A stretch of DNA of 16,411 bases from Selaginella moellendorffii (lineage: Eukaryota > Plantae > Lycopodiophyta). The first letter of the stretch is position 1. Each line of letters starts with the position of its first letter. Below the pieces are notes generated by a model that worked only from the letters and a program-made list of their open reading frames with translations, was not told where the DNA came from and did no database searches. This document shows positions 1 through 10,200 of the stretch, one piece after another. A program made the translations under genes and the position numbers. The stretch lies in contig NW_003314418.1 in the NCBI RefSeq assembly GCF_000143415.4, positions 137,891 through 154,301 of the forward strand. The letters are read 5' to 3'.

Positions 1-432
1 TCTGAAGCTCAGTGAGCTTTTCAGGTGGAGGTAGTTCTAAGTTGTCACCATAGTACTATGGGCCTTGGATTATTCTCAAACAAGTTGGAGACCTTGCCTA
101 TCAACTAGACTTGCCTAGTGGTGTGAAGATTCATCCCGTCTTCTATGTAGGGAAGTTGAAGGCATGTTTGCATTCTGGTAATATCTTGGACCAGTCTGCA
201 ATCAAGATTCCGGAGATAGATGTTTGAAGGTTGGCCCTACTTGTGTGTTATAGCAACGGCTAGCATGCACACGTCATAAGACTTGGAGAGAGTTACTTGT
301 TCAGTGGAATGGTTATTCTCCATATGATGCTACATGGGAAGCTGAGGATGACATTCCAGAGGAAGAGGAGAAGTAGTCACTTGCTCCTATCCTTTCTTTC
401 TTTTCTGACCCCATTGATGGCTGGAGGTGTTG
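1..432 (+). mobile_element. Ty3/gypsy chromovirus remnant: integrase C-terminus (GPY/F region) and chromodomain, degenerate
   Basis: Manual translation gives KLSP*YYGPWIILKQVGDLAYQLDLPSGVKIHPVFYVGKLK (stop at 51-53), then ELLVQWNGYSPYDATWEAED at ~290-349. These match the gypsy integrase GPY/F motif and the chromodomain. It runs off the window start. Confidence 0.88.
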
Positions 433-581
433 TGTCACGTGACACAGTTAGCAGTTTTGTTAGTGGGAGGCTTTGCTAGCTTCTCTCTCCTCACCTACTA
501 TTCATCATAGTTGGAGCAGAGGGAAAAATGTCACTGTATTTCGTGATGAACCAGCTGATTCTGGACCTAGGTCTCTGATTG
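433..581 (+). mobile_element. Putative short or deleted 3' LTR of the chromovirus remnant
   Basis: Begins TGTCACG just after a purine-rich tract downstream of the chromodomain. The equivalent 149 bp in the second copy (14246->14098) ends CTGATCA where zf-RVT similarity stops. This copy ends TTG, so the right boundary is uncertain. Confidence 0.4.
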
Positions 582-844
582 AAGAGCCAAATACCAACTG
601 CAAATTTGCATGTGAAGAGGTGTTCAAGCATCTCCACGGGGTTTTCATTGCATAGAATACACAGAGTTTTGTGAACTGTGAGCCAATCACCAACAGGGAT
701 GCTGTCCTGCACAAGAAGCCAGCTTACCTTAGCTTCCACCAGTGTCTTCCACATGTTCATAATGTACTTCCAATTCTTCAACCTCCACATAAGCTTGGTG
801 TCAATTTTATCCATCAAAAGCTCTTTGCGATGCTTAGACCTGTA
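582..844 (-). mobile_element. LINE (L1-like) ORF2 C-terminal zinc-binding (zf-RVT-like) remnant
   Basis: ORF 491..859 contains MWKTLVEAKVSWLLVQDSIPVGDWL..CILCNENPVEMLEHLFTCKFAVGIW, the W..kv..W...lp..CxxC..E..HLF.C.FA..W pattern of plant non-LTR retrotransposons. Confidence 0.75.
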
Positions 845-898
845 CATATAAAAAGACATACTTGGGGTGAAAGCTCAAAGTGTGTGTTTCTCAAGGAA

Positions 899-913
899 GG
901 GGGGGGGGGGGGG
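899..913 (+). repeat. G15 homopolymer within a purine tract
   Basis: aaggaa-G15-aagg read directly. Confidence 0.9.
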
Positions 914-1259
914 AAGGATTATGGAGGGTTCCCAATGTATAGTAGGGATAATGGTTAGAATGTATGTCTCACCACCTGAGATATTAGTTTGGCTTCTATT
1001 GGGTTGTGTTGCTCCTTGTTTTGCGTCCAGCTTGGGGCTAAGCCCAAGCTCCATGCTGCTCTAGTCAGTGGGGTAGCTTCTTCCTCGCATTAGGTCACTG
1101 GTATGCCAAAATTGTGCTAGATTTCGTCTGACACCATTTTGCGTGTAGGTGCTGGATATGAGGAGCTGGTGCTCATGGGATTGTACTGAACCCTTATTTC
1201 ATAGCACAACGGGCTTGGAGTTTGGCTCCAAATTCAGGTGCACTACAAAGAGGAACTGC

Positions 1260-2439
1260 AAGACATGGGTGACACTGCTGCGGGGATTTGCTCACGGCGG
1301 AGAGATTGGGCGAGCGAGAGAGGTGCTGGATCAGATGCCCGAGACGAATGTGGTAGCGTGGACAATCCTCGTGCAGGGTTTCGCACAGCATGGGCGAGTG
1401 GGTGATGTGAAGGCCACGTTTGATTCCATGCCCGAGAAGAACAGCATCACTCATGCGGTGATGCTCATCATGTTTGCGGAGAATGGATTCGTGGAGGATG
1501 TCTTCCAGGAGATTGTACACCAAAACGCGATCCTCTGGGGGGCGATGCACTGCTGCTATGCCCAAAATGGGGATTTGATTCAAGCCAAGAGTTTGTTTGA
1601 TAGGATGCCTCTGCACAGCATACTTTCGTGGACGATTATGATCAAGTCATACGTGCAAAAAGGTGACGCTGATTAAGGAAAACAATTGTTTGAAGCAATG
1701 CCACACAGAGGTCTTGTTTCATGGAACTTGATAATCACTGTTTATGCCCAGAGAGGTTGTTTCAAAGAAGCTATACGAGCGTTTTCTTTGTGTTGCTGCT
1801 GGGATTCCTATTCATGGAACACAATTCTCGTGATATACGCTTTAGATGCAAATATTTGTGAGGCGAAGAAGACGTTTGATAGAATACCAACTTGGAATTT
1901 TGTCTCCTGGAACACGATGCTAGCAGCATATACCTAGACCGGCCATGCGTATTCTGCGATCCAGCTTTTGGGTGATGTTTCTTCACGGCTTTGATCCTGA
2001 TAAGGTAGCGTTTGCCATCGTTTTGACGGCGTGTAGCCATCTGGGGCTCGTCAAGGAAGCAAGCTACTTCACGGCAATGAGCTTTGACAATGGATTGGAC
2101 CATTCGCAAGACCACTACACCTGCATTGTTGATGCTCTAGGACGGCTAGGGCGATTGGAAGAGGCCGAGGATGTCCTGGAGAATATGCCTTTGCCAGCTG
2201 ATGGAGTTGCATGGGCAACGTTTCTTACCGCATGTGAAAACCACAGGGAGATGAATCAAGGGATGCATGCTGCGGAATTTACGTGCCAGTCCAGCCTTGT
2301 GAGTGATGCATTGCCTTATGTGATGCTGGAGAACATCTTCAGATTTGATGTGTTGACCCAAACATCGATTGTTGATAGCCAGCCATTCTGTGAGCCGCCC
2401 CATCCCTCATGGATGGAGAGCGGACGCACAGAGGATTGA
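1260..2439 (+). pseudogene. PLS-class PPR pseudogene (tandem 31-aa SS-like motifs, then P2-L2-S2-E), apparently 5'-truncated
   Basis: Repeats such as VVAWTILVQGFAQHGRVGDVKATFDSMPEKN; L2/S2 FAIVLTACSHLGLV..HYTCIVDALGRLGRLEEAEDVLENMP; E1 VAWATFLTAC. Interrupted by TAA (1674-1676), TAG (1935-1937) and a frameshift near 1965. No DYW domain. Confidence 0.9.
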
Positions 2440-4320
2440 GCATAGGAGAGTCTTCATGAGGAGCATAGTCCTCCGCCTCTCGTGTATGAGTCCGTGGTGT
2501 CTTATGCATCTGGAATGTTAAGTGCAGTGGGTTTGCTATAGTCAGCAATGCAAGATCCAATGCTGCTGTTGTGAATTTCAGCAGCAGCATTGCGCTCCTT
2601 CTGCTCCACATCAGTGCCATGCTAGGCGTGGCAATCCAGATTCTCAAGACCATGCCGGTGAGAGTGAGCCGTGGAAGTCTCTCATGAGCTCTTGTTTAAA
2701 GTGGGAAGTAGTGGTGTGGAAAGCTTGCGTTTGAGGCACGGGTGGAGATGGGCTCATTGCAGTAAGGTGATAGCTCGTTCCCATTGCCTTCCTTTTGTAT
2801 CCTATCTCCCTGGTTGCCTCCCAACATGCTTCATATGTTCTCCTCTCTGTGTTCCATATGGTATCCTCTCCGCTTGCGAAGCATTGCACAGCATGTTGCT
2901 GGAGCTGGGCCTCAGCCCGTTCGTTGACGGCTAGCATTTACGAAGGCTTCATGGGATGTTGATACAGAGAATTAAGTTTAAAGACAATTGGCCCACTTTT
3001 ATGATGGGCTTAATCTATGTTGACTGGATTGTTCTTTGCAAAGCATGTATGCAAGGCGATTTTACAAGGAAATTTATCAAATCTTCCGCAAAGTCAATGC
3101 CATAATCTGTCAAGAACCAAATCCTTGGAGAGCTTTAGGAATTAATATATGCATAATGAAGGATAGTTGATGATGAGAAGTTTGACATATGTTATTAAAC
3201 ATATTATCTAGCATAGCAATCAGGGATGCTCAACATCCCAAACAATTCTCCCCATTGGAAATAAGAAATATCACAAGTGCCATCCATTCCTTTCGAAAAC
3301 TTTCTTTCTATTCTGCAGGGTGGAGTTATATAATGTTGTGGTACTTATATTCCATGGTATTGGAAGAGAAGGGAATAGATTGGTCACGAAACATTGAACA
3401 AGTGCTAGTTGCCATTGAAGAAGCAATATTGCCCTGTCTTAAACTCTCAGGAATACTAGACTCAACTAGAGATATACTTCAGTTCCCTTTAATCTTCCAG
3501 TCTAGCATCATTCCAAATCCAGGATTGGTATTCAGATTAGAATATTGCTAGCTTTTTAAGACAAGTATAATAGTTGTTTTGAATCGTTAGGATCATCCTT
3601 TAGTGATTTTAATCTACATTAAGTTATAATTTAAATAGATTGCTACTTTGTCCTCTATGACATGCTAGATGGAGAAAAAGTGTTATATAAGCTCATATTT
3701 TTAATGCATCAAGTATTCTTTACAAACCAAATATTTATTTTAATAGCTTTTTTTCTGCAGGCTATTTGCAAAAGAACACCCACAAGGTATATGACCTGTT
3801 TAGTATTTGCACACACATATTCTTTATTTTTCCACAATACCTATCTTTTATGGCTTCAGTTAAGTTATAGTCATTTACACCTTTGAGTATAGGCACTATA
3901 TTTTTGGCTTGCTTAAGCAAACCACTGGGTATTCTTGAATATTCTATAATTTAATTGTTGATATTTATTTAGAATAATTTTGTGTTTATAAATTAAAAAC
4001 ATTTTAATAATGGTCATCACGTTGACTACATGGCAAAAAGATGTTCTAATGTATTTTCAAAGCTTTTAAATCTGAGAACTACTAGTTCAATGTTTGGACA
4101 AACTTCTCAAGTTTAACCAGCTGCCACCTCCATGCAAGGGTACTTTCCATGAGCTCAAAGGGTAGAGGGCTAGCTCTTGATATTTTTTGGTTGTTCTCTA
4201 GGCTCCAATCTGTTAGGAGTGATGCAAAGAGACTGTTATTGATCAGGCCAGGGATTTCCAACCCAAAGCTATGTTTCTCATACCTGAAAAGAATATACAT
4301 ATCCTCTTGTAGTTTCTCTT

Positions 4321-5010
4321 CTAAATAGAAGACAAGTGCCTGAGGCTGTACGTATCGAAGTACAAACCAAAGAAGCAGATCAATGGATCTCCCCGCAACA
4401 CATCAATCAGCAGTCGAATGAGCCGAGCAGCACATTCTTGATCCTCTTCCAGTCGATCCACTTTCCTGTAACCAATGGTACTACCGCTGCTCACCAGGTA
4501 CCAGCCCAGCTCGCTGTCCCATGCCTCGACGTGATATTCCATGACCCTTTGTCCCATGTTTACTGGCTCTCGGATCTCCAGTACGTTGAACTTTGAGACC
4601 TTGCCAAGATCAAGCTCGATCCAGCCGGTCGACTCCCCTTGCATTGGAGCCCAGAAAGTTTCCATTCGGCCCGAACGAAGAGCTGCGAACGCTGCTTGCT
4701 GTCACGGACAAGGGATTCGCTGCTAAGTTGACGCTGAAGATGGAATCTATGGCGGAGCTAAACCGCTCCAGCGTCTGGAAGTCGGATTCGTCGATCAGTC
4801 CCGACGAGTTTGGAGGGACGTTGAGCAGGAGCAAGCAGTTCCTGGCGGATGATTTGTAGAAAACGTCGAGCAGCTGCTCCAGGGATTTTGGAGCCTCGTT
4901 CCTGTGCCAAAACCAACCAGGCCTGATGGAGATATCGCACTCCGGAGGGAGCCAGTCGGTTCCAGCACTCTCTCCAGACATCAAGTACCTGTTGATGTTG
5001 CGAATTGGAT
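4321..5010 (-). pseudogene. FUC1: Alpha-L-fucosidase (GH29, plant FUC1-like) C-terminal half, 5'-truncated and frameshifted
   Basis: DWLPPECDISIRPGWFWH..LLDVFYKSSARNCLLLLNVPPNSSGLI (ORF 4610..5290) continues after a frame change at ~4666 into METFWAP..LEIREPVNMGQRV..GSTIGYRKV (ORF 4321..4665, beta-sandwich domain). The N-terminal catalytic part is absent. Confidence 0.9.
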
Positions 5011-5014
5011 CGAC

Positions 5015-5340
5015 TCCTCCGGACGTGGCTTGGGCTCCTCCGGGCGCGGCTTGGACTCCTCCCGCTGTGGCTTCGGCTCCTCCCACTGAGGCTTGGCCTC
5101 CTCCTGGCGATGATCCATGGCCTCCTCCTCCCGGAGAAGAACCGCGGCGTCCTCCTCCTAGAGTAGAACCATGGCCTCCTCCTCCCGGGGCACCCCCTCC
5201 TCGAGCCGCCTCAGAACCATGGCCTAATCCTCCCGGGGCCAGATTCAGAGATCCGCGGCCAACCCCGGCCACCCCGCGCCCTCCTCCCACTCCATGGCCA
5301 CCTCTCCCTCCATGGGCACCTCTTCCTCCTCCTGTTGGTG
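5015..5340. repeat. GC-rich degenerate minisatellite: Gly-rich on -, WPPP/Pro-rich on +
   Basis: Recurrent (cca)tggcctcctcctcc units. Open on both strands (ORFs 4610..5290 - and 4926..5537 +). Confidence 0.8.
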
Positions 5341-5523
5341 AAGATAGAGCACGAGCAGGCCCAGATCCAGCTCGATCGGCCCCATTTCCCAGAGCTCTGT
5401 TTCCTCTTCCAACCCTAAAATCGGATTACCTGCTTCTTCCTCTCCTCATAAATCTCCGCGGCTGCTGCCATGTTTTAATTCTCGGGCCGTGCCGCGAGAT
5501 CAGATCTTCTTCGCAGGCACGCC

Positions 5524-5532
5524 AAACCCTAA
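5524..5532. promoter_or_regulatory. Telo-box (AAACCCTAA), with a partial copy at ~5411-5418
   Basis: Exact motif at the boundary between the GC-rich tract and AT-rich intergenic DNA, upstream of aaaacATGGC (5471, - strand). Function is inferred only. Confidence 0.45.
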
Positions 5533-6858
5533 CCTAAGAATCTTCTCGAATATTTCCGGAATAATTTTTAACAACTTCCCTTAAAATAAAATGACAACAC
5601 TTTAGATTTGGTCGGGGTTTTTGAAAATTACTTAAGAATCCTCCCTTTTTTTTCGTGCGAATCCAAAATACTAATAATTTTCCCATAAAAAATAAGGGTA
5701 AGTACATTACTTTAGCTTAAGCTATTGTGCAAATAGGGAAAACGTAAATTTTGAACTTTAATTTTCGTCTCTTGGTCCAGAGCTAAACTCTTATAAACAT
5801 CTCTAAACATGCTCATTTAATTAACCACCAATGAACGGCAAAGATATTTTTACCAGCACTCCCCCACTAATTTTCTTTCGAAAATAAAAAACTAAAAGCA
5901 AAGAAGATATTATCAAACACTATTTTTTCAATGTTTGTTTTTTTTCTTATTTTCTACTATTAATTAACTTACAACTCAATTACACAATATTTGGAGCTGG
6001 AAGAATTGAATCCAAATTAATTTCAGCAAACTGATGAGGATGGACAATTTTTATTTTCATTTCTTTTGCTTTCTTAATTTACATTTCTTAATTTGTTTCT
6101 ACTCTTCTTATACACACTTCTTCAGTGTATTTGGCCCATTATATTTAGCTGAAACACATGTACATGTACACTAGTACACTACGTACTAAGCCTATGATAC
6201 ACAGTTGTTGCTAATTCTCAACGATTTGTGCATCTGCTGGTTGATACACACACACACACTGTGTAGGGCTAGCTCCATCCACAAGAGAGCCTTGAGGTTG
6301 GGCACCAGAGGCTGGAAGAAGTCGTCACAGGAGAGAGCAAGCAGGTCACCACTCACTACAAGCTCAAAAAATCTGGAAGGAAGACGTCGCCAAGGAACTG
6401 GTGAGTACGTCGCAAGAAACAAATGCCGTCGTCACCAGCTTCCACACGTCTTCAACGTGCTCTAGGAGCACAAACCCAAAGTTGGTCATGCCACAAGCCA
6501 CCATCACCTTGCTCCCGGAACATGAGGCAGTACTTGCTATCAGCAAAGAGTTTGGGTACTGGCAAGTCTTCATACTAAGGCTTATTATCTGAATCTGGGC
6601 GCTCTGTTTTGGGGCACCTGTTGGCAGGTTTAGTCAGCATTCCCCGATTCTGCTACCAAAAAGAAATTTAAATTTAAGACAACGTGTCATCCTCCTTTTG
6701 CATAGTTTTAACTTTTAAATGTTAAGTTTTTTCTCCGTGAAGTTCAGGTTGGTGGCAGTACTTTGACGAGGCATGCTCACTCAGCGGCCCATGTTTCTGC
6801 TTGACTCACGGAGGGTTTAAAACCAGGGATAACTGCAAGAAAGAGCACTGACATGTTT

Positions 6859-7263
6859 TCAAAAGTAGTTGTCACAGGAACATCTGCCATCCTGGAACAC
6901 ATGAACCCGACTGGCATCTTTGCAGATGATTAGCCTTTTTTCCAGCTTAGAGATGAGAGCAGTGGCCGCATGGCAATCGTCACAAACTCGGAGATTTTTC
7001 ACGATTCTGATGGTCTCCTTCTGGTGCGAGTTCACCAGAGCACACCCCAGCGCAAGCTTCTCACTGTGGCCGCACAGGTGATCTTCCTCAGGTATGTCTT
7101 TTAGAACGTTGATCACATCGCTCGCGTACCCCTCCTCTTTCATTCTCAGCAACAATTGCTTGAGCTTGGCCGCAATCTCGTCGCTCTGTGAGTGACTCCT
7201 ATCCCCGACAGAAAAAGAATGCACTTTTCCTGAGCTAACATCCGTCCACCAGCTTCTCCCGGG
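6859..7263 (-). other. DYW deaminase domain, DYW:WW subtype
   Basis: PGRSWW begins at 7263, HSE lies at 7068-7060 and CDDC at 6984-6973. The terminal tripeptide is NYF. Confidence 0.92.
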
Positions 7264-10200
7264 CTCCCTGAAGCTGCCTTCACCTCTCATTCTCTCCACA
7301 ACAGCGGCTCTTTCACTGAGCATCCCCAGGTTTCCAAATATATTGGCCATCAATGCGTAGGGCGTGCCGCTCTTGGGATCCATCTCCACAAGACGCTCAA
7401 ACGCGAGTTTGCCGATCGTGTAATTCTTCCACTTCCGACAGGCTCCGAGCAGGGACGTCCAAACCACTGCATCCGGTTCAAAAGGCATGGCTCTGAGAAC
7501 TCTCACAGCTTCGTCGAGGAGGTTAGCTCGCCCGAGCATATCGATCAGGCACACATAATGCTCCAGACGTGGCTTGACTCCATACTGCTTGGGCATTTCA
7601 TCCAGAAGCTGCCTTCCTTTCCCGACCAGACCACCATGGCTGCAAGCGTTCAACACCGAAACAAAACTCACATCGTCAGCTTTACAGCCCTCTTCCTGAG
7701 TCATGGAATAGAAACGCTCCAAGGCCTCGATCGATCGGCCCTGGAGAGTGTAAGCCTGTATGAGAGAGTTCCAGAGACCCGTGTCGTCCCGAGCTCGGCA
7801 CTCGTCAAACGCTTCCTGAGCAGAATCAACATCGCCGCATTTGCCGTAGAAGCTCACCAGGCTGGAGCCCAGAACTGGATTGTTTTTCAGCAGCCCTTTA
7901 TGCTTCGCCAGCTGGTGAATCTCCCTCCCGAGCTTGATCGCCATCACACTCCCGCAAGCAACAAGGACGCAGGTGTAGGTGCAAGCATCAGCTTGAATGG
8001 TGTTATCAGCTCTCAGGGCAGAGTAGTACTCCAGAGCAAGTTCAGCTCGCCCGTTCGTGTTGCAGCCCTGGATGATCGCAGTGTAGGACACAACACTCCG
8101 AGTTCCCATGGAGTTGAAAATCTTGCGAGCCTCCTCAAGCTCGCCACACTTGCAGTACATGTCTACCAGGCAATTCGCCACGAACAGATCTAGCTGTTTC
8201 TTCTCCTTGCTCAGCATTGAATGGATCTCCATCCCGATGCGTAGAGCTCTCTCCCTCTTCTCGCTGGATTCGGTAGCAAGTGTGGAGCAGGCGCTGATCA
8301 CCACGACATGAGTCTGATCGTCGGGTTGAATGGTGTTATCAGCTCTCAGGGCAGAGTAGTACTCCAGAGCAAGTTCAGCTCGCCCGTTCGTGTTGCAGCC
8401 CTGGATGATTGCGGTGTAGGACACAACACTCCGAGTTCCCATGGAGTGGAAAATCTTGCGAGCCTCCTCAAGCTCGCCACACTTGCAGTACATGTCTACC
8501 AGGCAAGTAGCCACGAACAGATCTACCTGTTTCTTCTCCTTGCTCAGCATTGAATGGATCTCCATCCCAATGCGTAGAGCTCTCTCCCTCTTCTCGCTGG
8601 ATTCGGTAGCAATTCTGGAGCAGGCGCTGATCACCGCGACATGAGTCCAATCGTCGGGTTGAATGGTGTTATCAACTCTCAGGGCAGAGTAGTACTCCAG
8701 AGCAAGTTCAGCTCGCCCGTTCGTGTTGCAGCCCTGGATGATCGCGGTGTAGGACACAACACTCCGAGTTCCCATGGAGTGGAAAATCTTGCGAGCCTCC
8801 TCAAGCTCGCCACACTTGCAGTACATGTCTACCAGGCAATTCGCCATGTACAGACCTAGATGTTTCTTCTCCTTGCTCAGTACTGAATGGACTTCCATCC
8901 CGATGCGTAGAGCTCTCTCCCTCTTCTCGCTGGATTCGGTAGCAAGTGTGGAGCAGGCGCTGATCACCGCGACATGAGTCCGATCGTTGGGTTGAATGGT
9001 GGTACAAGCTCTCAGGGCAGAGTAGTACTCCAGAGCAAGTTCAGCTCGCCCGTTCGTGTTGCAGCCCTGGATGATCGCGGTGTAGGACACAACACTCCGA
9101 GTTCCCATGGAGTGGAAAATCTTGCGAGCCCCCTCAAGCTCGCCACACTTGCAGTACATGTCTACCAGGCAATTTGCCACGAACAGATCTAGCTGTTTCT
9201 TCTTCTTGCTCAGCATTGAATGGATCTCCATCCCGATGCGTAGAGCTCTCTCCCTCTTCTCGCTGGATTCGGTAGCAAGTGTGGAGCAGGCGCTGATCAC
9301 CGCGACATGAGTCCGATCGTTGGGTTGAATGGTGGTACAAGCTCTCAGGGCAGAGTAGTACTCCAGAGCAAGTTCAGCTCGCCCGTTCGTGTTGCAGCCC
9401 TGGATGATCGTGGTGTAGGACACAACACTCCGAGTTCCCATGGAGTGGAAAATCTTGCGAGCCTCCTCAAGCTCGCCACACTTGCAGTACATGTCTACCA
9501 GGCAATTCGCCACGAACAGACCTAGATGTTTCTTCTCCTTGCTCAGTACTGAATGGACTTCCATCCCGATGCGTAGAGCTCTCTCCCTCTTCTCGCTGGA
9601 TTCGGTAGCAAGTGTGGAACAGGCGCTGATCACCGCGACATGTGTCCAATCGTCGGGTTGAATGGTGTTATCAGCTCTCAGGGCAGAGTAGTACTCCAGA
9701 GCACGTTCAGCTTGCCCGTTCGAGCCACAGCCGTGGATGATCGCGTTGTAGGACACAACACTCCGAGTTCCCATGGAGTGGAAAATCTTGCGAGCCTCCT
9801 CAAGCTCGCCACACTTGCAGTACAAGTCTACCATGCAAGTCGCCACGAACAGATCTAGATGTTTCTTCTCCTTGCTCAGCATTGAATGGATCTCCATCCC
9901 GATGCGTAGAGCTCTCTCCCTCTTCTCGCTGGATTCGGTAGCAAGTCTGGAGCAGGCGCTGATCACCGCAACATGTGTCCGATCGTTGGGTTGAATGGTG
10001 GTACAAGCTCTCAGGGCAGAGTAGTACTCCAGAGCAAGTTCAGCTTGCCCGTTCGAGCCGCAGCCCTGGATGATCGCGTTGTAGGACACAACACTCCGGG
10101 TTCCCATGGAGTCGAAAATCTTGCGAGCCTTCTCAAGCTCGCCACACTTGCAGTACATATCGATCAATCCCGTCAACAAGTAGATGTTGCTTTTGTGCTC

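Larger units (their letters stand above)
1..844. repeat. Dispersed inverted repeat, copy A (pairs with 13835..14711)
   Basis: Base 1 aligns to the reverse complement at 14711 and base 844 to 13835. Near-identical ORFs appear in both copies (491..859 vs 13862..14188; 473..655 vs 14024..14206). Confidence 0.97.

Noticed and set aside
1674-1937. Stops rescued by U-to-C RNA editing
   Set aside because: Such editing is organellar, this is nuclear DNA, and a frameshift follows.
2440-3890. Short ORFs (2522, 2671, 3189, 3662), with faint PPR-like words (AIQILKTMP, SACEALHSMLLELGLSP)
   Set aside because: No coherent motif or recognisable family.
4081-4115. Possible Helitron 3' end (aaactt-gag-aagttt hairpin before CTAG/T on the - strand)
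   Set aside because: The 6-bp AT-rich stem is too weak and no matching 5' terminus was identified.
4926-5537. Pro-rich WPPP protein on the + strand
   Set aside because: It begins antisense inside the fucosidase sequence, and GC-rich triplet repeats stay open on both strands. Promoter-like signals favour the - strand. Not fully excluded.
7993-10159. Regular repeat array as a CRISPR-like locus
   Set aside because: No unique spacers. The units are contiguous in-frame protein repeats in a eukaryotic gene.
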